Positions 9,312-19,154 of a stretch of 53,102 bases of DNA are shown here, in pieces. Source of the stretch: a virus. Its lineage: Duplodnaviria > Caudoviricetes. Where the stretch lies: IMG/VR virus record IMGVR_UViG_3300044837_000127, positions 1 through 53,102 of that record; one strand, given 5' to 3'. Made by a program: the position numbers and the translations under genes. Below the pieces are notes generated by a model that searched no databases, was not told the DNA's origin, and saw only the letters and a list, made by a program, of their open reading frames with translations. Each line of letters opens with the position of its first letter. Positions within the stretch are counted from its first letter, which is position 1.

Positions 9312-9893
9312 ATGCCGGACGAATCCTATAAGGGCCAAGCGCGCATTCCCGACGCGGGGGGCGACTTTAACGAGCTCGCCTTTGTTTTCCGTCAGCTTTC
9401 CAGCGCCCTGGCCACCAGCCAGCCGGTTCTGGTGCAAGCGGTCGGTGCCGATGGTCTGACGGTCGACGTCCAGCCAATGGTGGCCCAGATCGACGGGGAG
9501 GGCAACGCAACGCCCCACGGGGTTATCCACAATGTTCCGGTACTCCGGGTCCAGGGCGGCACCAATGGAATTATCGTGGATCCGGTGGCCGGCGATATCG
9601 GCATGGCGGTCATTGCCAACAGGGATATCAGCAGCGTGAAGGCCAACCGCGCCCCCAGCAACCCCGGCTCGCGCCGGCAATTCGACTGGGCGGATGCGAT
9701 CTATATTCCGGGGATTCTCAATTTGACGCCCATGCAATTCGTCCGGGTCGGTGGTGCCGGCATCGCGCTGGAGGCGCCGCTGGTCACCGCGAGCGATAGC
9801 ATGCAAGTCGGGGCTGGCGCCACTGGGGTCATCACCGATATTACCGGACGGGTGGCCACGTTCGTCAAAGGCATCCTGGTGGAGCTCGCATGA
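9312..9893 (+). CDS. Baseplate spike (gpV/Gp138-like)
   Basis: VDVQPMV...NVP..RVQGG...DPVAGDIG....RDISSVK...PGSRR. Confidence 0.8.
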   Translation: MPDESYKGQARIPDAGGDFNELAFVFRQLSSALATSQPVLVQAVGADGLTVDVQPMVAQIDGEGNATPHGVIHNVPVLRVQGGTNGIIVDPVAGDIGMAVIANRDISSVKANRAPSNPGSRRQFDWADAIYIPGILNLTPMQFVRVGGAGIALEAPLVTASDSMQVGAGATGVITDITGRVATFVKGILVELA

Positions 9894-10225
9894 CCTTCGC
9901 ATCCGACGCCATCGCCCAGATCGACCGCGTGACCACGCAAGCGGAGCTGGACGCTATTGCACCGATCGTCACGGGGGCGCTGGGGGCCCAGATATCCGCC
10001 GCGGGCGCCGCCGAAGCGATTGTGGGACCACTGGCCGCGCTTGCTACCGCCAGCTTTTCCACGCTCCCCCAGGTGGTCACGTTCCTGCAGAGCATCCAGA
10101 CGGCGGTGCTGGGGCCCCAGGCGGCGGCGGCGGCCAAGCTGGTGGCCAACGGTGTGGCGGCCACTGCGGATCTGGCGGCGGTGACGGCCGCTATCGCTGC
10201 GGCGGAGGCACGGATTAACGGCTAG
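9890..10225 (+). CDS. Hypothetical Ala-rich protein
   Basis: ATGA coupling to the spike gene. Confidence 0.6.
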   Translation: MTFASDAIAQIDRVTTQAELDAIAPIVTGALGAQISAAGAAEAIVGPLAALATASFSTLPQVVTFLQSIQTAVLGPQAAAAAKLVANGVAATADLAAVTAAIAAAEARING

Positions 10226-10322
10226 GTCAGTAGCCGGATAGCGACATACGCACAGTCGACCAACAGGGCCACCCGAAACCAGCGGGCGCATGTCGCACCA
10301 AAATACTCTTCGATCTTGCCTA

Positions 10323-10520
10323 TCATCGCGGCACCAAGCACTTGCTGCAGCAATGAATCCAGCCATTCCCACGTCTGAAAACGCGCCAATGGGCCCGACT
10401 CAATTTCTCGAAAGCATCGTTCCAGTCGGACTCGCCGGTTTCCAGAGTCTCTTCGCAATTGACCATATTCTGCTGGTCGCAGAGAAAGACGATCGCTCCA
10501 TATTGGCGTTCGACGGTCAC
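10323..10520 (-). CDS. Small Cys-containing hypothetical protein
   Basis: GTG overlaps upstream TGA; C..C and CSKC. Confidence 0.5.
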   Translation of the reverse strand: MTVERQYGAIVFLCDQQNMVNCEETLETGESDWNDAFEKLSRAHWRVFRRGNGWIHCCSKCLVPR

Positions 10521-10708
10521 GGTGTGTGGCCCGCGCGAAGAAGCGCCTCTGCGATATCCCCGGCCAGCCGCGCCGCTTCGTCCGGACATAGTTCGATCGC
10601 TACGCCGGTCACTTTAGGGCCATCCAATTTGGCGAAATTTAACGTCACGCCTTCCGCGGTTGGAGTCACCATTGCGCGCAGGCCGCTACGGAGATTGAAG
10701 CCGCTCAT
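10517..10708 (-). CDS. Hypothetical protein
   Basis: Member of a translationally coupled minus-strand cassette. Confidence 0.5.
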   Translation of the reverse strand: MSGFNLRSGLRAMVTPTAEGVTLNFAKLDGPKVTGVAIELCPDEAARLAGDIAEALLRAGHTP

Positions 10709-10941
10709 GCCGCGTCGTTCTGCCCGTTATAGGGCGTATCGAGCGGCGGCGGGAGGACACTTTCCAGCGCCCGAATCTCCGCCATGGTTCCGGCAATAGC
10801 CATCGCCCTTTCGCTGTCGAGCCACGATCTTTTGCGCCGATAGATTTCGATCATTTCGCGCCGCGACCGTAGCAAATTGCACAACTCGATTCTGATTTCG
10901 CGGCACGTCAGGCCATGATTCTTGCCCTCAAATTTTTCCAT
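10705..10941 (-). CDS. Hypothetical protein
   Basis: SD aaggag before ATG; downstream of promoter near 11000. Confidence 0.55.
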   Translation of the reverse strand: MEKFEGKNHGLTCREIRIELCNLLRSRREMIEIYRRKRSWLDSERAMAIAGTMAEIRALESVLPPPLDTPYNGQNDAA

Positions 10942-10984
10942 TTCGAATCGCTCCTTCTCTGTCCCGACTCGTATTATCGAGTGC

Positions 10985-10998
10985 TGACCGAGCCGTCA
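10985..10998. promoter_or_regulatory. TGAC-N6-GTCA palindrome
   Basis: TGACCGAGCCGTCA; leftward TTGACG-N17-TAATAC. Confidence 0.7.
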
Positions 10999-11045
10999 AT
11001 CCCCCATAATTGCCCACACCCCGCCGCCATGCTAGACCCGTGACT

Positions 11046-11396
11046 ATGGCCTCAACGCTCTTGCTGGATCGAAACGCCTGGGATTTAGCGGTGGATGCCA
11101 TCGGCAACATCGCATTGGCCAGCGAGCCCTACAGCATCCTGCAGGACGTGGCGTCCGCTTGCCGGTTGTTCCAGGGCGAGCTCTGGTACGGGGGGACCGA
11201 CGGGCTTCCCTATTTCGATCAGATACTGGGCGAATATCAGCCCATCCAGGTGCTGAAGGATGGGCTGGTGCGGGCCGCGCTGTCGGTGCCGGGCGTACTG
11301 GCCGCGACGGTTTTCCTGACCGCCGTGGTGGGCCGCCAGATCAGCGGTCAGGTCCAGATAACCACCAGCGCCGGCCCGGCAATCGTCACGCTCTAG
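11046..11396 (+). CDS. Baseplate wedge protein (gp25-like)
   Basis: TLLLD..AWDL..D..GNIA...QDVASACRLFQGELWY...GLPYF. Confidence 0.8.
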   Translation: MASTLLLDRNAWDLAVDAIGNIALASEPYSILQDVASACRLFQGELWYGGTDGLPYFDQILGEYQPIQVLKDGLVRAALSVPGVLAATVFLTAVVGRQISGQVQITTSAGPAIVTL

Positions 11397-11650
11397 CGGG
11401 GTGGCGGCAGCGAGTCCGGGTGCTTGGGGCGGAAGCCGCCCGCATCTTGCGCCCGATCAAACGCATCCTTGCGCGCTTTGACGGCATCGGGCAGGCCGGT
11501 ATCGAACCGGGCTTGCTCTGCCGGGACGCCGCCCAGCAGCGTGCTGATGCCCGCCGTGATCTTGGTGAAGGCCGGCGTATCCGCGCCCGCCAGCCGTGCC
11601 GCCTGTAGCGCAAGGTCGACGAAGGGTTTGATTTTGGTCAGGTCGATCAT
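11393..11650 (-). CDS. Hypothetical protein
   Basis: ATGA-coupled to the upstream lipoprotein gene. Confidence 0.55.
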   Translation of the reverse strand: MIDLTKIKPFVDLALQAARLAGADTPAFTKITAGISTLLGGVPAEQARFDTGLPDAVKARKDAFDRAQDAGGFRPKHPDSLPPPR

Positions 11651-12135
11651 TGGCCGGATCCTCTCGCATTGGCCGCGCGGACAAGCTCCGCGAGCTGATT
11701 CGTATAGCTGTCCGCTTTGGCCAGATTGTCCGCGAAGGCGACGGGATCACGCGCATCGAACGCGGCGCCCGCACGGTCCAGATGATGCTCGATTCGGCAA
11801 CCCAGCGCGAGCGCCCGGCCCCCTTCGTCGGTGATCGTCGCAAGGTCCGCCATGACCATCGCGCAGAAATTAGCGCGCGGACGGCCGGTGTCCGGATCGT
11901 TGGACCGCGCAATGGCGCCCGATGTGAAGGCGGCGGTCAGATTGTCCGCGACCGAACGGGCCAGATGGTTGGCGGCGGTCAGCTTCGTCTGGTCCAGAAC
12001 GATCGCTCCGGCCGGCGGTGGCGCGGCGCCCAGCAGCACACCCAGGCCCCCCAATCCGATGCCGGCGGCATTTTGCCAACCGGCACACCCGGTAAGCGAC
12101 AGGACGATTGCGGCGACGATGGCAAAGCGTTTCAT
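11647..12135 (-). CDS. Lipoprotein
   Basis: MKRFAIVAAIVLSLTG-C lipobox signal. Confidence 0.7.
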   Translation of the reverse strand: MKRFAIVAAIVLSLTGCAGWQNAAGIGLGGLGVLLGAAPPPAGAIVLDQTKLTAANHLARSVADNLTAAFTSGAIARSNDPDTGRPRANFCAMVMADLATITDEGGRALALGCRIEHHLDRAGAAFDARDPVAFADNLAKADSYTNQLAELVRAANARGSGQ

Positions 12136-12398
12136 GTCCGATCCTTCAGCGTGATTCGTGGGGCAATGTCTTGGGTGAGGCGGCCCTGGACCGTCATACC
12201 AGCGCCAATGACGCCAAGTAACGTCAGGGCAAAATCGGTCCATACGGCCAAATCGTTCGGTGCGATATCCCGAACAAGGCCGGTGCGCTCCAGAATGGTG
12301 GCGAAAGCGGCGACTAGAGCCCCGACGATCACGCGGGACCGATACCACGGCATGTTGCGGGCGTATCGGACGGTCTTGCGGCTTTTGGTCATAGTCAC
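12132..12398 (-). CDS. Holin-like two-TM membrane protein
   Basis: PWYRSRVIVGALVA and a second hydrophobic helix ending GR. Confidence 0.55.
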   Translation of the reverse strand: MTMTKSRKTVRYARNMPWYRSRVIVGALVAAFATILERTGLVRDIAPNDLAVWTDFALTLLGVIGAGMTVQGRLTQDIAPRITLKDRT

Positions 12399-12415
12399 GC
12401 GGGTTTATCGGCAAT

Positions 12416-12429
12416 TGACCGTGCCGTCA
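12416..12429. promoter_or_regulatory. TGAC-N6-GTCA palindrome
   Basis: TGACCGTGCCGTCA; leftward TTGACG-N17-TAAACC. Confidence 0.7.
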
Positions 12430-12439
12430 ATGCGAGCCG

Positions 12440-12598
12440 TTATAATCGCCCCAGCAGCCACAAAATGAGAATGATAACAAGCACCGTGCCGAGCAACCCG
12501 GACGGCCCGTATCCCAAATTGCGGGCGTACCCCCATGTCGGCAACGATCCGACCAGTAAAATCACAAGGATGACGATAATGAGGGTGGTGACGGACAT
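12440..12598 (-). CDS. DUF3309-family small membrane protein (52 aa, not in ORF track)
   Basis: Manual translation MSVTTLIIVILVILLVGSLPTWGYARNLGYGPSGLLGTVLVIILILWLLGRL. Confidence 0.8.
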   Translation of the reverse strand: MSVTTLIIVILVILLVGSLPTWGYARNLGYGPSGLLGTVLVIILILWLLGRL

Positions 12599-12665
12599 GT
12601 GCGTTTCCTTCCGTGCGAGCCGCGACTATAGCGCCTTGCGCCCCCTTATGCTACGCCTCTAGCCG

Positions 12666-14093
12666 ATGGCTACCAACGTCCCGCAACCGACCTTCGGACC
12701 CAACGGTTTTATCGCACCGCTGGAGTCCGCAATTCTGGCCGGGATACTGGCGGATTACAACGCGGCGTTCGGTGGCAACCTCAATCTGGACCAGACCACC
12801 CCGCAAGGCCAGCTCGCGGTCAGCATGGCGGCGGTGCTGGGCTATGCGAACGATTTATATCTGGCGTACACCAACGGCGTCGATCCGGCCTTTGCGAACG
12901 GCCGGATGCAGGACGCCATTGCGCGCATCTATTTTCTGGAGCGCAAGCCGGCGCTGCCAACGACGGTCCAGGCGGTTTGTAGCGGCCTGACCGGGACCAT
13001 CATTTTCAGCGGCGCCAAGGCCATCACCACCGACGGCCACATTTTCCAGGCGACGGCCACCAGCACCATTCCGGCCGGCGGCTCGGTCACGCTGCCCTTT
13101 GAGTGCCTGGAAACCGGGCCGATCCCATGTCCGCCGGGGGCGCTCAACAGCATTTATCAAACCCTCCCCGGCTGGGACAGCGTGACCAATCCCGATTACG
13201 GCATTTCGGGGCAGGACGTGGAGAGCCGCGCGGACTTCGAAGAGCGTCGGATTGAATCTGTTGCGATCAATGCGGCCGGTACGTTACCCGCCATTCACGG
13301 ATCGGTCCATGGCGTGGCCGGAGTGCTGGATGCCTATGTGACCGAAAACAATACTGGTTCGCCGGTGACGATCGGCGGTGTCAGCATCGCCGCGCACAGC
13401 CTGTACGTATGCGTTGCCGGTGGTGCGCCAGCCGACGTCGCCAAGGCCATCTGGCGCAAGAAAAATCCGGGGTGCGGCTACACCGGCGCCACCACCGTGA
13501 CCGTGGTGGACGATAATAGCGGCTACTCGATTCCCTATCCCAGCTATTCGGTCAGTTTTCAGACGGCCGCACCGTTGCAAATCGTCTTCGCGGTCAGCAT
13601 TGCGTCCAACGCCCTCATACCCGCGGATGCGGAGGCCCAGGTGGCGGCGGCCATTATCGCGGCGTTTACCGGAAGTGACGGTGGGGAGCGGGCCAAAATC
13701 GGCGCGACCGTCTTTGCCAGCCGTTTCTATGCGAACGTGGCAGCACTGGGGGCCTGGGGACAATCGATTATCGCCATCAATGTCGGATCGGCCAACAGCC
13801 CGGCGGCCACTTATACCGCAAGCATTTCCGGTCTGACCATGACCGTCACGGCGGTGGCGAGCGGAACGCTTGCGGTCGGTCAGACCGTAACCGGCGCGGG
13901 GTTGCTGCCGGGCACGGTCATTACCGCGTTTGGCACCGGAGCTGGAGGCACCGGCACCTATACGCTTGGCAAATCCCAGACGGTGGCAAGCGGTACCCGC
14001 AAGTCGGTATCGGCGACCGCGGACAGCGTGACGGTGAATATCGACCAGGTTCCGACGCTGGACGCCGCCGATGTTCATGTGACGATTGTTTAA
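12666..14093 (+). CDS. Baseplate J/gp47-like protein
   Basis: [46 protein letters not shown]. Confidence 0.9.
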   Translation: MATNVPQPTFGPNGFIAPLESAILAGILADYNAAFGGNLNLDQTTPQGQLAVSMAAVLGYANDLYLAYTNGVDPAFANGRMQDAIARIYFLERKPALPTTVQAVCSGLTGTIIFSGAKAITTDGHIFQATATSTIPAGGSVTLPFECLETGPIPCPPGALNSIYQTLPGWDSVTNPDYGISGQDVESRADFEERRIESVAINAAGTLPAIHGSVHGVAGVLDAYVTENNTGSPVTIGGVSIAAHSLYVCVAGGAPADVAKAIWRKKNPGCGYTGATTVTVVDDNSGYSIPYPSYSVSFQTAAPLQIVFAVSIASNALIPADAEAQVAAAIIAAFTGSDGGERAKIGATVFASRFYANVAALGAWGQSIIAINVGSANSPAATYTASISGLTMTVTAVASGTLAVGQTVTGAGLLPGTVITAFGTGAGGTGTYTLGKSQTVASGTRKSVSATADSVTVNIDQVPTLDAADVHVTIV

Positions 14094-14770
14094 TGTCAGG
14101 GACGCCTTCCCCTCCGCACCCGCCGCCGCTACCTCCACCCGTGCCGCCACCGCCGCCGGGACCGGATTATCCACCCGCGCCTCCGCAAGCGCCCGGTCCG
14201 CCATATCCGATCGCCCAGACGATCATCAGTCAGTATCAGAACAGCCCGATTCTGATGCGGCTGGTGGCCAACCTTGTGGAGTATTTTGATCCCACGGTCC
14301 GGCTCAACGACTTTTACAATTTGATCTGGAACATCGATTCCGCGCAAGGCTGGGGGCTTGACGTCTGGGGGCGCATTCTAGGCGTCGGGCGACTACTGCA
14401 CGTTCCTATTCCGGGGACGTATCTGGGGTGGCTGGAAGCAACCGACGGACATACTTTTGGGGAAGGTATCTGGTACGGCGGCGCCGCGCCACTGACGGAA
14501 AATTTCTATCTGTCGGACGGGGTGTTTCGCCGGGTGCTGCTGGCCAAGGCATTTGCCAACATTTGCGACGGGTCGATTCCGGCCATAAATCAGATCCTCA
14601 TTAACCTGTTTCCGGACTATGGAAACTGCTATGTCATTGACAACCTGGATATGACGATAACCTATCGCTTCACCGACGTATTGAGCGCTCCGGACTCCAC
14701 GCTCGCCCAGCAATCGGGGGTGTTACCGAAGCCGGCCGGCGTAGCGGCAAGTTTCCACATAGGACCATAG
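14093..14770 (+). CDS. DUF2612 baseplate wedge protein with Pro-rich N-terminus
   Basis: TIISQYQNSP, WNIDSAQGWGLDVWGRILGV, LPKPAGV. Confidence 0.85.
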   Translation: MSGTPSPPHPPPLPPPVPPPPPGPDYPPAPPQAPGPPYPIAQTIISQYQNSPILMRLVANLVEYFDPTVRLNDFYNLIWNIDSAQGWGLDVWGRILGVGRLLHVPIPGTYLGWLEATDGHTFGEGIWYGGAAPLTENFYLSDGVFRRVLLAKAFANICDGSIPAINQILINLFPDYGNCYVIDNLDMTITYRFTDVLSAPDSTLAQQSGVLPKPAGVAASFHIGP

Positions 14771-14773
14771 GCG

Positions 14774-15559
14774 ATGCTAGCAAGCGACATTCCGACCACC
14801 AAATTCCCGATTCCCTGGGGCAACAACGCGAGTGGCACCTATAAGCTGGTACCGATTCCGACCGCCTCGCAAATCGGCGTGACCAGTGGCGCCGCATCGC
14901 TGACCGACGGCTTTCCCCCACTCAATTTTCAGTCGGTTGCGTCCGGCGGCGTCCCGCCCCGCGGCAAGGATATGAACGGCATTTTATACGAACTGTCGGG
15001 ATGGTCACGCTGGGCGCAAGCGGGCGGCCCGATCCAGTATGACGGCACGTTCGCTGCCGCGATTGGGGGCTATCCGGCTGGTGCGGTGCTGATGAGCAAC
15101 CCGATCGGCATTCTTTGGGTATCGACCGCGGACAATAATACCACCGATCCCGATGGCGGCTCGCCGGCCGATTGGGAACCGCTGATGCCGGTGAAGGCGC
15201 CGGACCCCCTGGACGAGACGGACGATACGAATTTTGTCACGCCGATGGGGCTCGCTGCGGCGTTGTTGGAATTGCCGCCTGGGTGCGATCTCAATCAGAA
15301 CGGCTATTACACGCTGCCCGGCGGCCTGATCCACCAGTGGGGCCGGTTCACCATCAGCAGCGGGATCAATCTGACGGTCGGTTTCCCGATCGCTTTTCCG
15401 ACCGCCTGTTTTTCTTGTGTGGTCGGTGGCGGCAACAGCACCGCCAACCAAGATAATCAAGTGTCGCTTATTTCGGGCAGCATTACCCTCAGTCAATTCC
15501 AGACCCGCTATTTGCCGTCGGGTAGCGTACAGGGCACGTTTATCGCCTATGGCAATTAG
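14774..15559 (+). CDS. Tail fibre protein
   Basis: ASLTDGFPPL..GGVPPRGKDMNGIL, AIGGYPAGA; C-terminal NGYYTLPGGLIHQWG..FPIAFP. Confidence 0.85.
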   Translation: MLASDIPTTKFPIPWGNNASGTYKLVPIPTASQIGVTSGAASLTDGFPPLNFQSVASGGVPPRGKDMNGILYELSGWSRWAQAGGPIQYDGTFAAAIGGYPAGAVLMSNPIGILWVSTADNNTTDPDGGSPADWEPLMPVKAPDPLDETDDTNFVTPMGLAAALLELPPGCDLNQNGYYTLPGGLIHQWGRFTISSGINLTVGFPIAFPTACFSCVVGGGNSTANQDNQVSLISGSITLSQFQTRYLPSGSVQGTFIAYGN

Positions 15560-15614
15560 CGGAACGGTGCGCTAGGTAGTAAAGTAATAGTCCGCCAGAT
15601 CAGGGGATTTTCCA

Positions 15615-16166
15615 ATGCAGCTATCCGTTGCCGTCCGTAACGCCCGGCTCGATTCGATCGAATTGACCATCGGCACCGCCGCGCTTCTTCGCATCTATTC
15701 GGGCGCCATGCCCGCCAATTGCGCCGCCGCGGCGACCGGCACGTTACTGGCCGAGCTCGCGTTGCCGTCGGATTACATGGCGGCGGCGAGCGGTGGCAGC
15801 AAGGCCAAGTCCGGCACGTGGGAAGATACCGCCGCGAACGCTTCGGGCTATGCGGGCTATTATCGCTTCTATGACAGCGGCGGGACCAATTGTGGCATTC
15901 AGGATCTGGTATCCCAAGCCTGGGCGGCCAGCACGGCGTACGTCCTCAACCAGCAGGCCAACAATGGCGGCAACGTCTACCGCGTGACCACGGCTGGCAC
16001 GTCCGCCGGGTCGGGCGGTCCGACCGGCACCGGCACGGGCATCACCGACAATACCGTGGTCTGGGATTATGTCGGTCCCGTCGGTATGACCGTCGATAAT
16101 ACCAATTTCGCGGTCGGACAGGACTTCCTGGTCACGGGGTACACCCTGACCGACGGCAACGCATAA
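15615..16166 (+). CDS. Virion-associated protein with small Trp-rich module
   Basis: LRIYSG.MPAN...GTLLAEL; WAASTAY...YRVTTAGTS...DNTVVW. Confidence 0.65.
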   Translation: MQLSVAVRNARLDSIELTIGTAALLRIYSGAMPANCAAAATGTLLAELALPSDYMAAASGGSKAKSGTWEDTAANASGYAGYYRFYDSGGTNCGIQDLVSQAWAASTAYVLNQQANNGGNVYRVTTAGTSAGSGGPTGTGTGITDNTVVWDYVGPVGMTVDNTNFAVGQDFLVTGYTLTDGNA

Positions 16167-16178
16167 GGGCGCGGCGGC

Positions 16179-17696
16179 ATGGCCGCATGGTACGTCAGCA
16201 GCGTCGGATGGACGGCGGTTACGCCTTGGGCCGCGCTGACCAGCTACAGCGTTGGGGACTTGCGCCGCCAGCTCGCCGCGCCGAGCGTCGGCAACGAGCG
16301 CGTCTGGCGCTGCACCACGGCGGGGGTTAGCGGCGCCGCCGAGCCGACATGGACGCTGACCAAGGGCAGCACGACCAACGACGGCACGGCTGTCTGGACG
16401 GAGGTTACGGGGAGCAGCACGTATAACTCGGCGTCCTCCTATGCGGCACCCCACGCCCGGACTGTTAATGCTATTGCCTGGGGCGCGGCTGGCGACGATT
16501 ACTATTTTCCAGCGTCTCATGCTGAAACACGAGCCAACACGCTCACAATAACATTCAACGGCACGAGCACGGCTCCAGATCGTGCTTTGTGCGTCGATTC
16601 TTCTGGCGTCTTAACAACCGGAGCGTCCATCACAGTTACGGGTAATTTTGCGCTTACCCTAGCCGGTGTAGTTTATGGGTATGGGATTACGTTTAATTGT
16701 GGCACGGGGTCATCGGCCTCAGCCAATCTTAACATATCCAATGCCAACGGCAGCATTCAGACGTGGGAAGCCTGCGCTTTTAATCTGATAACCACATCAG
16801 GTTCTGCCGGGATAGTCACAGGGGGGGGTTCGGCGTCCTCCTTGGCCACCCTCGTTAACTGCACCCTGTCTTTCGGCGCTACCGGGCAATCGCTTAAGCT
16901 GGGCAGTTCAAAGACGACCATAGCCTCTAAGCCGGGTTCCGTATTTGTAACAGGCGCGACAGTACCGACGACGCTGGTTTCGACGCAAAATGCTGGGGCG
17001 GCCCTTGTCATGAGCGGCCTTGATCTTAGTGCGTCCGGCTCGGGGGTAACGCTTTTTGGAGCTAGCTCTTTGGCTGTTGCCAACATCGTAAATTGCAAAC
17101 TTAACGCCAGTGTTACCGTCGCGGCCACCCCCACAAATGCGCTGTTTATTGGCCCGGACCTCATCGGCTGCAACTCGACAACCAACGTCGAGCGCAATGA
17201 GCGCTACCGCTACCAAGGCACCCTCACTACCGAATTGACGATCATCCGCACGGCTGGCGCGTCGGACGGCACGACGGCCTACAGTTGGAAGATCGTCACC
17301 ACCGCCAACAGCAAGCGCACCTTCCCCTTCGAGACATTCGAAGGCGCGATCTGGAACGATGCGATCGGCTCGCCGCTGACACTCACCGTCCACACCGTTA
17401 CGGACAATGTGACCCTGACCGATGCTGAAATTTGGGTTGAGGTCGAATATCTCGGCAGCTCGGCAACGCCGGTCGCAACGCTTATCACCGATGCCAACGC
17501 CACGGTGCTGACGACCCCGGCCAATCAGACGAGCGACAGTGGCACCGCTTGGACCACCACGGACCTTGGTACGCCCGTCAAACAGCAACTTAACGTCACC
17601 TTTACCCCCCAGATGAAGGGTCCGGTCCGCTTCCGGGTTAAGGTCGCCAAGGCGTCCACCACCGTTTACGTCGATCCCAAAGCGGACCTCGCGTAA
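16179..17696 (+). CDS. Putative receptor-binding/tail-associated protein
   Basis: 505 aa beta-rich; N-terminal WAALTSY...WRCTTAG.S..EPTW module. Confidence 0.6.
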   Translation: MAAWYVSSVGWTAVTPWAALTSYSVGDLRRQLAAPSVGNERVWRCTTAGVSGAAEPTWTLTKGSTTNDGTAVWTEVTGSSTYNSASSYAAPHARTVNAIAWGAAGDDYYFPASHAETRANTLTITFNGTSTAPDRALCVDSSGVLTTGASITVTGNFALTLAGVVYGYGITFNCGTGSSASANLNISNANGSIQTWEACAFNLITTSGSAGIVTGGGSASSLATLVNCTLSFGATGQSLKLGSSKTTIASKPGSVFVTGATVPTTLVSTQNAGAALVMSGLDLSASGSGVTLFGASSLAVANIVNCKLNASVTVAATPTNALFIGPDLIGCNSTTNVERNERYRYQGTLTTELTIIRTAGASDGTTAYSWKIVTTANSKRTFPFETFEGAIWNDAIGSPLTLTVHTVTDNVTLTDAEIWVEVEYLGSSATPVATLITDANATVLTTPANQTSDSGTAWTTTDLGTPVKQQLNVTFTPQMKGPVRFRVKVAKASTTVYVDPKADLA

Positions 17697-18862
17697 TGTC
17701 TCGGCAATGGGTCGGACCCTCCGGCACATTGACCGAAGAAACCGGCACGCGGCAATGGGTCGGGCCGGGCGGAACACTGGTTGAGGAAACGGCCAGTATA
17801 TCGGGGTCCGCCACGACCACCCTTGGCGCCGCGGCGGCCAGCGCGGCCAGCACCGTCAAAATCCAGGGGACGGCCAATACCTCCACCAGCCCGCTGACCG
17901 CAGTAGCAACCGGCGCCATCGGTATCCACGGTGCGGCCAGTACCGCTCTAGCCCCGGCAACGGGAGTCGACGTGGCAACCGACCGCATCAGCGGGACCGC
18001 CAGCACCACCCTTGGCGCCGCGACCGGCAGTACCACGGGCACCCTTCCGATCCACGGCACGGCCAATACCACCGCCAGCAATCTGACCGCATCGGCCCAA
18101 GGCGTTCTGGTCCTGCAGGCGGTCAGCATCGTCACGCTTGCCGAAGCGACCGGCATTGATACCGGAACGGAACGCATTGTCGGAACCGTGGCAACGATCC
18201 TTGCCGATGCGACCGGCAGCGAGGCGGCGACCGATCGTATCTCGGCATTCGCAGCGACCACGCTATCCCCCGCAACCGCACTTACCGCCGGCCTCCTTCC
18301 GATTCACGGCGCGGCCAGCATCACCCTTGCCAATGCAACCGGCGTTGAGGCCGGAACCGGCGGGATCGTGGGGTCCGTCAGCACCACCCTTGGCGCGGTG
18401 ATACTGGCCGCCCCATCGCAACCCCGGCAATGGGTCGGGCCGCGAGGGACGTTAATCCAGGAAACCGGCCAGCGGCAATGGGTCGGTCCCTCCGGCACTC
18501 TGATCCAGGAGACTGCGGGCACTGGCGGACCCAACGGGCGCTTGCGGCTCCAGGGCAGCGTGACCATTACCCTTAGTCCTGCCAGCGCGAGCGGTGCCGG
18601 CCGCCTCTCAATCCACGGCGCGTCGGTCCATGCGCTTGACCCGTTGGTCGCCAGTGCGGTCAGCGCGCTCCGTCTCCACGCGGCCAATGATACCGACCTT
18701 GCGCCCCTTACCGCCGAAGCCGCCGGGCTTCATTATGCGCTGCCCGATAATTGCCGTGTGTTGCGGATAGCGCGCCAAGACCGTATCGTGCGCGTGGCCC
18801 GGCAGGACCGAACAATCCGGGTGCCCTATCAGGATCGGGCGATCAAGGTGAGGGCGTGCTAG
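17696..18862 (+). CDS. Repeat-rich Thr/Ala virion protein
   Basis: RQWVGP.GTL..ET four times plus I.G.A.TTL repeats. Confidence 0.6.
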   Translation: MSRQWVGPSGTLTEETGTRQWVGPGGTLVEETASISGSATTTLGAAAASAASTVKIQGTANTSTSPLTAVATGAIGIHGAASTALAPATGVDVATDRISGTASTTLGAATGSTTGTLPIHGTANTTASNLTASAQGVLVLQAVSIVTLAEATGIDTGTERIVGTVATILADATGSEAATDRISAFAATTLSPATALTAGLLPIHGAASITLANATGVEAGTGGIVGSVSTTLGAVILAAPSQPRQWVGPRGTLIQETGQRQWVGPSGTLIQETAGTGGPNGRLRLQGSVTITLSPASASGAGRLSIHGASVHALDPLVASAVSALRLHAANDTDLAPLTAEAAGLHYALPDNCRVLRIARQDRIVRVARQDRTIRVPYQDRAIKVRAC

Positions 18863-18863
18863 G

Positions 18864-19142
18864 ATGGCCGATTACCAATTGCCCACCAGGTACACGCCGG
18901 ACCGGCTGGACTATGCGGTCGATTGGTCCGACTGGCTCGGTGATGAAGAGTCGCTGACCGGGGTATCGGTAACGGTCACGGGGGATCTGGACGTTTCGGA
19001 TATCACCCATAACGCCACGTCCATGATTTTCTGGCTGACCGGCGGGACCGCCAGTTTTCAGACCGTCGCCATCACCGCGACCACTGACCATTCGCCACCG
19101 CGCGTTCGGGAAATCAAAGCGTCAATTATTTGTAATTCATAA
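18864..19142 (+). CDS. Small fibre-associated protein
   Basis: P.DRLDYAVDWSDWL...WLTGG. Confidence 0.55.
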   Translation: MADYQLPTRYTPDRLDYAVDWSDWLGDEESLTGVSVTVTGDLDVSDITHNATSMIFWLTGGTASFQTVAITATTDHSPPRVREIKASIICNS

Positions 19143-19154
19143 AGGAAACGACCG

